From positions 1-64,000 of the forward strand of contig CALSCP010002822.1 of assembly GCA_943704425.1 (NCBI GenBank): a stretch of DNA of 64,000 bases. The letters run 5' to 3'. Positions 47,801 through 57,832 of the stretch are shown one piece after another; position 1 is the stretch's first letter, and each line of letters opens with the position of its first letter. The notes beneath the pieces are model-generated. The model was not told the DNA's origin. It saw only the letters and a list, made by a program, of their open reading frames with translations, and did no database searches. The stretch is from Ministeria vibrans ATCC 50519 (Eukaryota > Protista > Filasterea). Both the position numbers and the translations under genes were made by a program.

Positions 47801-50800
47801 TGCTTTTGTCGATGCTCGACTGCCTGAGCATGTTTTTGTGGATGTGCCGTGGTTGGTGAACGCTGTGGGTTGCATGTACAGCACTGTGCTGGAGAAGGAA
47901 GTGAAGGAAGAGGAGGTTGGAGCGGCGATTTTGCATGATTTGGAGGTGTTACGCGAGCGCGGGGTGTGGACAGAGGCGTTGGTGGATTGGGCGTTGTCGC
48001 AGACTTGTTTTGACGACGCATCATCGTTGAAGCTGCTGCTTCTGCGATGCATGGAACCTCTTCCAACTGAAAAAGTTCATGCTATGGCACCGTCTCCTCC
48101 AGAGGTTTGTGTTGGTCGTGAAGAGCAGATTGAGAAAATTCGACAGATGAAGAGCGACCGTGTCATTGCGTTGCGGGGACGAGGTGGAATGGGTGCGAGT
48201 ACACTCGCTGCACTGTATGCCGCTAAACACGCGTCGCTGTATCACTCTGTCTTGTGGGTCCGTGCCATGACTGCAACATCCATCGCTGCTTCGTTCCGTG
48301 CCTTCGTTGAGTATACATCTCTTGTTGGGGTCAACTTGACGACGACAACTGATGCTGAAATTGCGCGCGTTGTAAACGATTGGCTCTCGCGCTCATGTGG
48401 CTGGTTGATGGTGATGGATGGGTGCGATGACCTGGCGCTGTTGAGGAAGAGCATGCTGGGAATCAGCCCGTTTGGTGGAAGATTGGTTGTTGTATCATCG
48501 AGGCTGTCGAATGAACTGTCTGCCGAAATGCTTGGAATGGAAGTGGAGCTGGTGGAAGTGAAGGAATTTGATCTTCAGAAGGGAGTGGAGTTGATGAAGA
48601 ACCGACTGGAAGCCCGGTCTGGCGAAGAAGAGGAGTTGAAGAAGATTGTTGGGCTACTGGGAGGCATGCCGTTGGCAGTGGAACTGGCAACCGGATATTT
48701 GTCAACTGTGACACATATGAGTGGTGCGGAGTACCACGCTCAACTGTATTCTGTGCTTCGAGAGCGGCCTGGAGAGGACGAGTGGAACTCCCGCCTTGTT
48801 TCCTCTTTTTTGCCGTGTCTGTTTTGGGTATTGGAGTCGAGAGCGACGAAGGTGATGGTGAAGAAGATATTGAGTGTGATGGCGTTCTTGGAAACCAGTT
48901 TGGTGGATGTGTCGCTGTTGCGTGCGCTTGTGATGAGGAGGTGTGTGGAAGATGGCACTAATGCATTGGATCAATTTCAGTCTGCTCTTGAGAAGCTTTG
49001 GCGTGTTGCCATCATCTCTCGGCTGAACGAAGAGTTTATCTCAATGCATGCTTTGGTCCGAGATATGTGTCGGATTCTGATGTTTGATGATGCAGAGCAG
49101 AGGTGGGATTTTCTCAAAACAATGGGATTTTCGATTCTCGGAGAGTTGCGTGTCCTTGAAAACGAACTTTCTCCTGATAATATGGACCAGAATCGTCGTT
49201 TGGGCGAGCAAGGAATGGCGATTTTTGAGTGGTCGTGTGATGAACTAGTTGCGCTGCGGCGAAGGAATGCATCGGGGAGCGCATCAGGGGATGAAGAGCA
49301 CATCGTCTCGCTCGGAATGTCTCTTCACCGGATGTGGAGTGTGACTGGGAATGCATCACGTTCACGCGAGTGCAGATCTATGTTGGATACTCTTGATATT
49401 AGACCGTATGTATCAGACAAAATTTCACCGTGACTTTTTTTGATTGATTTCGTCCTTTTTTTTTTAGGACGAGGGCGTTTCGATCTGCTTTTTATGCAAC
49501 ACTGGAACGGGGCTTTGTAGAGACGCGCTCAATCAAACTGATGTGCTTTGGAAGTACGGGAGCAGGAAAATCGTCACTTCTTTGTGCCTTGCGCGGACTG
49601 CCACTGCCACAGATGAGAGATCGTTCCGTGGCCATCCAAATGCAGCGAGTGCGAATGGTCGATCACGCACACTTGAGGGTCTTTGAGGCAGTGCCACAGG
49701 AGGAGTTTCGCATTGCCAGTCTCATTGGTCCGCCTCGTGAAGAAGGAGACGTGCATCAGGAACCTGCGCGGGGTGCGCCAGCTGCTGGTGAAGCAGAGGC
49801 GACCCACTCAATGTCTGAGCCAATTTCACCGACTACCGCTCAGACAGCTACTCCAAGCTTTGAGACGTGGTTTAAGAAGGCCGCTGATGGTCTCTCGACC
49901 CCCTCAGAGCGCGTCTTTCGCCCACGCGCGTCTGTCCGTCCTATATCACAGGTATTTTTGGAACCGACCCTTTCTGCGCCATCTGGTTCGATGGCTTTCA
50001 CCCCTGCTTTAGCAGCAGCAGTGTGCGCTTTGCTCGAGTCTGAGTTGCAGGAAGATCGGGTTGAACTTGAGGCATTTGACTTTGCTGGTACTTTCAACAG
50101 AGCACAGCACAAGACAAGCACAATATTCATAATGTTTCTTTATATAGGCGATGAGATGTTCAACTTGCTCCCTACGCTCTTTATGGGATCCGAGTCCGCC
50201 TACATCCTCGTCTTTGACCTGTCCGTCATGAACGACGCCACACAAGCACAGCGGCAGTACGAGCACCTGTCCAAGTGGGCTTACCTGATTGCGCACCAAG
50301 TGCCGGAGACGCTCTCGTCGTACTTCCGTGTGCTCATTGTGGGTACCCATCTCGACACGTTCCCCGACGACACTGCGCCGTCCTTGCTGCTGCGCACTGT
50401 CTCGAAAGAGATTGATCGCGTTGTGGGACCGGTGTTGGGCAACCACTTAATTCTGCCTGGGTCTGGTCGCACTTCGTTCTTCCAAGTGGGCAGCGCAAAG
50501 GGCATTGGCCTGCGCGAGCTCAGCGAGGGGATTCATGCTGCAGTGCGTCGTCGGCGATTGCCACTGGAGTATGTCTGTGCACAGGATCTGGTTGGTCGAT
50601 GGTCGCGGATGGGCCGCATTGAGCTGCTGTCGTCTGTCGCTGATCTGCCGAGTGTCGTTTTGAGTGAGACCACACCGGTCATCACAGTCGGGTCGCTGGT
50701 CCCCGACGAGCACGCACTGCGCACAGGACTGGTGCCATACCTTGAGGAGGCTGCTGATGTGTTGGTGTGTCGTGAGGACTCGAGTGCGCGAGGCGTGAGT

Positions 50801-52675
50801 ACTTCGGACACAATTGTGTTTGATGTGCCACGTTTGATTGCGGCTGTTGAGTTGTTGTGCTCGGTGGTGATGGCACAGTGGAAGCGGGCGACGAGTGATC
50901 GCGCGCTTGACATGCTTGATCTGGTGAAGGCAGCAGGACGGCGACTGGACAACAAGAAGACGTTGAAGCTGTTTGCGGAGCTGGACGAGGCACGCCATTT
51001 CTCGGAAGAGGGATTCCCTGTTGACGTTGCGTTGTGGCTCGTGTGGACTGCGGCGGCGCGTGAGGCGAAGGGTGAGCCGCTTTTGGCTGGTGCGGACATC
51101 TCAGACGGGCCGTCGCTCTTTTCGGCGCTTGAGCGACTGAGTCTTGTGTTCCAACACTACACTCGTCTGCTCGTGCCGATGCTTCTGCCTGAACATGCAC
51201 CGTTTGTTGAGAAAGCGACAGCCGCACCAGTACAGGTAATGCTGTACCAGGTGATGAAAGACGAAGAGGACACGCGCTCCGTGCTTCCCGTGTCACTGGC
51301 GACCTTCCATCTGGTTGTGGTGGCGCTGTGGCGCGAGACGATGAATGTGTGTGCGATCCGAGCGACTCAGCGATGCACGGATGTGCTTGTGATGGACAGG
51401 TGTGCTCCGGTGCGAGTGCGTCTCAATGCGGGTGAGGATTTCATCCGTGTGGAGGTGTTTGACGATGGGGGACCACCTGAGCGAGTAGTGGCGACGTTGC
51501 ATCGGGTGAGCACGGGAGTGTGTGACCAGACGCGGAGTCTGCGGTGGGGATGGCGCGGTGTGCCTGTGCTTGTGCCCGCGAGTCCAACGAAACCATCACT
51601 GCCTCTGTTCCGACCATTGGAGGTGGCTGCGTCACCCGAGGTGTACCGTGAAGAAGGGACGCTGGGTGCGGTGCTGCACAGCAAGGAACCGCGGGTGTGC
51701 AACGAGAAGCTTGAAGAGTGGTGGACCAAACGAGTCGGTAAGTGGCGACGAAGAGACAACATAATCCATATTTTGTCTTGTCTTCTCTCATTATTGTCAA
51801 TTACTCGTGTATTATATTTAGGTGTCACAATGTCGCGGCGGTACGTTCACGTAGCGGCATTAATTGTGGGTGTGAGTCGCTACGATTCGACAACGAATCC
51901 TCAATTGGCGGCCTTCCCTGATTTGCCTGGAGTGCGTTGGAGTGTGAGCGCACTTGCAAAGCTGTGGAAGGGACGCGGCTTTAGCGTGCAAAGTGTGACG
52001 GACACGAACACATGCGACCAAGTGACGGGGGTGGAGATTGGGGCAGCTGCACGTCGATTGGCGCGAGATGTGGGAGATGGAGTAGGTCGAGATGCGCTGC
52101 TGATTGTGCACTTGCTGGGCCACGGGGCGGAGGACAGTCAAGGTGGTCTGCTGCTGAGTGATGCCAGCTCCTCACTCAACGGTGGCCAAACGCGATTCAA
52201 CCTTGATGCGCTCAAGGGTCTGCTTTCGGCTGAGATGGGTTGGCTTGGTTGCAATATTCTGGTTGTGTGTGATTTCTGCTGGTCGGGTGCGCTGCTCAAG
52301 GCGGAGCACGACCTGGCATTTGCGAGCCCAGTCGCTCAGTATGGGTACTCGCGCCAGCTGCTTGCCAGCTCATTGGCGGACACGAACAGTTACATGTCAC
52401 ACAAGCAAGTGCCATTGACCCAACCTGATGGAACTGTGGAGATGGTCTCCAAGTACACTCGTCTGACTGAGTTGCTACTGCGCGCGCTAGGACCAACAAC
52501 ACTGGAGGCGTTTTGCGACGGTGAAGAGCACATCACTGCGTTGGGACTACGGCAGAGACTGCGGGAGATGGACACGGCGAACACGTGCCAAGCGATGATG
52601 GTGGGGCGCATTTGGGACGATTGGCGGGGCACGCGCAACGACGGAGACATTTTGTTGTATAGGGATGGGAAGTGA
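41814..52675 (+). CDS. giant ~3,433-aa protein: caspase-like(C14)-ankyrin/TPR-like-LRR-Roc-COR-NB-ARC-Roc-COR-caspase-like(C14)
   Basis: exons 41814-41832, 42072-43204, 43267-46510, 46564-49405, 49468-50087, 50148-51737 and 51822-52675 sum to 10,302 nt (divisible by 3) and every GT-AG junction keeps frame; motifs IGHG/ADTC, LRR LILSNNELVVLP, GEPAAGKTT, DLGG, GRGGMGAST, WLMVMDG, GGMPLA, MHALV, GSTGAGKSS, DFAG, VGTHLD, LGHG/CDFC. Confidence 0.85.
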
Positions 52676-52959
52676 CCGTCTAAAAAGATGAGAGGTTCCG
52701 AGAGATATTTGTACTTCACACTGTTCGATGGTAAAAAACCAACCTGTATACCCAACTCGGGTTGAATTTAAATTTTTTCAGTTTTGTCTCATGTGTGTTT
52801 CACAGCAGACATGGCTAGATAATTTGGCTGTAACATGGTGATTGTAATACTCTTTCATGTATTTCAGCGTAAATGATACATTTCTGAGAAATCCAGAAAA
52901 ACTAATCATTCGAGAACATACAGAGGAACTTTCATTTTCATAGATTCACAAACGGTATC

Positions 52960-55067
52960 TCAATCACCCTTGAGCACACGATAGAGCTCATGCAAAGTGA
53001 CACCGGCAGCAGAAGTGCCCCCAATCACTCCAAATCCCACATACACAGTCATTAATAACCGCTACAGAGAAAACACGCACACAAGTCAAACACTACTCAA
53101 AAGTGACTTGCCACTCTCGTACCTTAAAAAAAGAAGCATCTGGAAACAGTTTGACATAGAACAAGGGCGGAAGCAGAAACTGCAGAGAAGTTCCTCCAAT
53201 TGCACCCACAAAACCAGTCAACAGTCCAAAATGAGGCACAGTCGACTACACGAATGTGCAATGAGAATGAAACACAATTGTCAATACTAATTAATTTGTT
53301 ATACCGCAATGAGAGAACAGAAACAGACCAGACCAAAGCGAATCAGGTTCTTTTTGGCGGTTTCCCCATACGGAGAACATCTTCCACTTGTAAACAGAGC
53401 ACCGTCTACACACGAACCGAGTGAGTGAAGAACCATACGGTAAATGAAAACAAAAGCGTTGTACCTAAAATGTCGGAGACGACAAACAATTGAACGGGAA
53501 AGGTCAAGAAAACGCCCAGAGTGAGAGAAATGCGGGCAATAAGCTCGAGAGACGACCAAGCGGGTGTGAGAGGGACAGTTTCCGCAAACCAGTGAACACT
53601 ATTAAACAAACAGAAAGAGAGAAACAGTGAGTTCGAAAACCGGGTCAAGACGGAGTATTAATTATACTTTTTCATAATTTGTTCGTCTGTGGCAACTGAA
53701 CCAAACGCAGAGTACGCAACACTTCCAAAGCAGAGGTAAAAGGAAGTGGCAATCAACATACATATAATCAAAACCTATACATACAATGCGAGTGAGTGAC
53801 AAAAAAAAATTTGAGGGTTTGATACCAAAGGAAATGACTTTGGGTGTTTCATTGCGGTCTGACAGGGAACGACAGTGCCGATGCCCTCAAAGGCATAGAC
53901 ACCCATACCAAAGGCAACGGGAAGCGACTGCCATGCAACGCCCACTGTGATAGGGGAGGGCAGGTCTGAAGGAACAGAGGGAAAAAGTGTGTGTGTGTGT
54001 GTGAGTGGAGTGACAGTGTTTAGTGTTTGACGAGGGAGTGAGCATTCGATTGGTTGAGGAGTACGTCACTTGAGTGAGTTTTGTGAGTGAATTCCAAATT
54101 CGTACTGTCTTTCTTGTTGAGCTGCAGCTGAGCAACACTCACTGCCAACACAATGACAATCCCCAGACTCAACGCGACCATTGCAATGGCACTGGGCAGA
54201 CCCAGGAAACGCAGTGTGCGGATGAATGAAAGGGCAGTCAGTGTGGGTATGAGCGCAGCAATGATCGCGAAATGAGCATATCCACTTGGCAGAATGAAGA
54301 ACTCTTGTAACGATTCCTATTACAGAAACAAATAATTAGTCTCTCTCAATCACTTCGTTTGCACTTTGTTTGTCTCTCTGTCTCTGTCTCTTATCAAAGT
54401 TGTTCTTACCGCTACAAAGACTAAGTAGACTGTACAGAACCCTAACTGGGTGAAGATGAGGACGGCATCGACTGCGCGTGATGCGCCAGTGCCGTACAAA
54501 TGTTGGGCAATGTCGCTAAAGCTGACGACGAGCGGTGTGCGCTTGACGAGTTCCTAATACATGTGTGCGACGCATCAGAAGACATGCAAGCAAGAGAGCC
54601 ACCCCGCCTCTCTCTCTCTCTTCACCTCTTTGACTTGGACAAGGATGAGCATGCAGTGCGTCGAGATGAGTGCAATGAGGCACATCATCACAATGCCGCC
54701 GATAAGACCACTTTCGCGGAAGGCAAACGGAAGGCCGAGAATGCCCGAGCCAACATACGACTTGAGCAAGTTGGCACCGGTGCTCCAGGCACTAGTACGG
54801 GCAGAAGGGAGAGCGAGAGAGGGAGAGAGAGAGTCAGCGATCACCGCCCGTTTCAATGATACCTCGCTGTCCCACTATGACGCTCGCCAATCGCATTCGG
54901 ATCGTCGTCAATGTCGTCGACCTCGTGCACCGCACTGCCTTGCGCCAGAAGCGACTCCCCGCTCTCGTCCTGGAGCCGTCGCTCGCGTCGAATCTGCAGC
55001 GAAACGAAACCGGTGACACTCTGCACTTCTTATCAGCGGACACCAAGCTCACCTCACGAAGCTCCAT
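52960..55067 (-). CDS. proton-coupled amino-acid transporter (SLC36/AAAP family), multi-exon
   Basis: NLLKSYVGSGILGLPFAFRESGLIGG...THCMLILV, TQLGFCTVYLVF, YAFEGIGTVVP, FLTFPVQLF; many transmembrane segments. Confidence 0.9.
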
Positions 55068-55206
55068 GCAAAAGATCCCCTTTTCAACTCCTCACCACAA
55101 ACAGCCCCTTTTCCCAACAAGACACGAGTTGAAAAGATCAAACGAAAAAATAATGATTTGATTTTTCATTTTTCATTTTCTTTTGAATTATCATTAATTT
55201 TTATTC

Positions 55207-57738
55207 ATGTCCGACTCGGTTGCTCTCGTCCATGCCACCATACGCCTGTTGAGAAACGCCACGGACCCCACGAGCTTCGTTGCGGCGCTCAGACAGGCCA
55301 AGAGCCTTTCCCTTCCGATTTCGTCGTGCACTGCATCGTTTCGTCGTGCCAGCCAAGCGCTGGTGGACGCTGCTCTTGCGTGTGCCGCCCATCGCCAGGA
55401 CGATCCTGCACTGCTGGCGTCTCTTCTGGAGACGGCGGCGTGCTCTCCGCTTGACCTTATCGCGTCACTCTCAAACGCGTTGCGATCCTTTTCGCGTCGC
55501 GCCTCCCTGCTCGACAGCGCGCCCTCCGACCGCGTCGCCGAGGACTCGGAGCCACCCGAGACCGAAGGCGGTCGTCTCACTGCGGCCGAGTACCAGACAG
55601 CCGTTGATTTTGTGTGTGCTCGACTGGCCACTCTCGTCTTGTCGGACGAGCGCTTCTCGTCGGCCATTGACGACGCACTCTCGTCGCCGTCCATCATTCT
55701 CGCCGTCCCCGATCGTGTCTCCAATGCCATTGGGCCTCGACGTCGCCTTCCCGCCGTCCTGACCCCCTCGCGCTTCTTTGCGCGTGTCGTCGACTGTCTG
55801 CTCAACACTGGCAACAGCCAAACCATCACGACTGGCGAGTGGCTGTCGCACTTGTGTTGTCGTGGAGAGTCACACGCCGTAGTTGAAGCACTCGCAGCGA
55901 GACCCTCGCCAGATATTGTGGCGGTCCTCTCTGACGACGCTCTCGAACCCTTTCTTGTCACACTGCTACGCCACCTTCAGAACACACCTGACGCCTCTGA
56001 GGTCACCTCTTTCCTGTTGGCCAAACTGATGGCACGCACAGAGCCTCCCGCAACCCACGCACGTTTCTTGCTCGTGGACAAACTGGCCACGGCGCGCGTA
56101 CACACCGTGGACGCACTGCTCTTGCTATGTGACACCCTCATTGCACTCGAGCTCACAGACGAGACGGTGCAGCGACTCTTTGCTGTGTGGTCCGACGCTC
56201 TCTTTGTGCGCCACACCCCGTCAGATCGTCATTTGTGTGCCACTCAGCTCTTGGTGGCCCTCGTCGGACGCGTGCCCAAGAAGGTACGGCAGGTACACGA
56301 GAGCGACTGGATGCTTGCCTCGGTGGGCGGCATCCAGACTCACTTGGCGTGTCCTCTTGCCGACCGTCGTACCATTGGCATGTACGCCGCTCAGCACTTG
56401 TCACGTTTGCTCTCTCCGCCCAACATTGCACCACTCTCCTTTGACCTATCACCCTCGCACGATCCTATTACACGCGTTCTTGAGCCTCGTCATGTCACCC
56501 AAACCCCCACACATGCGCCTGCTCCTTCTTCTACTCCTGCTCCTGCTCCTGCACCTGTCTCATCCACGCCCGGCATTGACCCTGGCATGGCCACCGACAG
56601 CGACGATGACGAAGATGCCGACCTCATTGGCTATGCTATCCCCACGACGGAGCCACAGCATCCGGCGACCACGAGCAGCGGCGAGCCCAGTGTTGACACC
56701 GCACGCACCTCGGCCGCCTACCGTCGCTTTCACTATGCCCGTGACTGTCTTGATGCTTTCACCGCTATGGACCAGGATGGCTCTGAGGAGGCCGCCAACC
56801 TGCCAGCTCGTCACGAAGGCGCTCTTGACGCTCTGCCGCGCATCTGTCGGCAGTCACCGGCTGATCTCGCTGACGGAGTGGGTTCTCAATTGCTGCGCGC
56901 ACTACTTTTCCTTGAAAACCGATTTGATCTTGCCCAGTTTCAATCGAGGCGCATCGATGCCATGTCAGCCGTTGCCTGTGCTGTGCCTGCACAGGCCACA
57001 GAGTACCTTCCGTCGACATTTTACGAGCGCAACCTCTCGCTCTATCAGCGAGCTGATGTGCTCGTAGTCATTGCACGACTCGCGCAGCGTCTTGGAGCAC
57101 CACCAGCACCGGCCACAGGCAAACCTGACGCACGCATTCAATCGCTGCCACAACAAGAGGAGAAAGACACCGACGAAGAGGACTTGCCACCCGCCGAGGT
57201 AATCCGACGACGCGTCGCGGCCAAGACGCGTCGCTTCAACCGAGGCACTGTGTCGTCCGCTCCCGAAGCGTCTGCGAATCGTCTTGTGCCGTATGCGCCG
57301 CGATTGTTTTTCACACTAATCAATGGTGTCTATGACACCCCTGTGCACGCGCTTGACTTCTCCAGCAACCGCAGTACAGTCGATCTGCTCCAGAGCGAAA
57401 CAGCTCTGTTGGCACAGCTCATCCGCACAGCGACCACCGTGCTGCACAGTGTACTCGGACAACTATGCGCCATTCCCATGGCACGCGCCGCCATTGCCTT
57501 TGTCTGGGCCCTTGTGCGCACTGTCGCGCAGCCCATTGTTTGGCGCATGGTGCTCTTTCTCATCTCTAACGCAGCCACAGCAGGTCCTCCCGAACTGCTC
57601 ACAGACGATCCCAGCAAACGCTGCGAATGGTCTGACTTGCGTGCGTGGGCTGCCGAGTCCTGTCTCGACTGTGGCGACGAACAGTGTCGCGAGTTGGCTG
57701 TCATTGCCATTCAGCTCATTGACGGACTCGGAGTGTAA
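55207..57738 (+). CDS. TELO2: TEL2/TELO2 (TTT complex PIKK chaperone), intronless, 843 aa
   Basis: GIQTHL...RRTIGMYAAQHLS, DSDDD motif followed by LIGY, YARDCL, LLFLENRF...F..RR, LSLYQR, KTRRF, NRL..YAPRLF. Confidence 0.88.
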   Translation: MSDSVALVHATIRLLRNATDPTSFVAALRQAKSLSLPISSCTASFRRASQALVDAALACAAHRQDDPALLASLLETAACSPLDLIASLSNALRSFSRRASLLDSAPSDRVAEDSEPPETEGGRLTAAEYQTAVDFVCARLATLVLSDERFSSAIDDALSSPSIILAVPDRVSNAIGPRRRLPAVLTPSRFFARVVDCLLNTGNSQTITTGEWLSHLCCRGESHAVVEALAARPSPDIVAVLSDDALEPFLVTLLRHLQNTPDASEVTSFLLAKLMARTEPPATHARFLLVDKLATARVHTVDALLLLCDTLIALELTDETVQRLFAVWSDALFVRHTPSDRHLCATQLLVALVGRVPKKVRQVHESDWMLASVGGIQTHLACPLADRRTIGMYAAQHLSRLLSPPNIAPLSFDLSPSHDPITRVLEPRHVTQTPTHAPAPSSTPAPAPAPVSSTPGIDPGMATDSDDDEDADLIGYAIPTTEPQHPATTSSGEPSVDTARTSAAYRRFHYARDCLDAFTAMDQDGSEEAANLPARHEGALDALPRICRQSPADLADGVGSQLLRALLFLENRFDLAQFQSRRIDAMSAVACAVPAQATEYLPSTFYERNLSLYQRADVLVVIARLAQRLGAPPAPATGKPDARIQSLPQQEEKDTDEEDLPPAEVIRRRVAAKTRRFNRGTVSSAPEASANRLVPYAPRLFFTLINGVYDTPVHALDFSSNRSTVDLLQSETALLAQLIRTATTVLHSVLGQLCAIPMARAAIAFVWALVRTVAQPIVWRMVLFLISNAATAGPPELLTDDPSKRCEWSDLRAWAAESCLDCGDEQCRELAVIAIQLIDGLGV

Positions 57739-57832
57739 TTTTATNNNNNNNNNNNNNNNNNNNNNNNNNNNNNNNNNNNNNNNNNNNNNNNNNNNNNNNN
57801 NNNNNNNNNNNNNNNNNNNNNNNNNNNNNNNN

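Noticed and set aside
42068-52502. Many minus-strand ORFs overlapping the giant gene, and similar shadow ORFs elsewhere
   Set aside because: Antisense shadows of GC-rich coding sequence with no recognisable motifs
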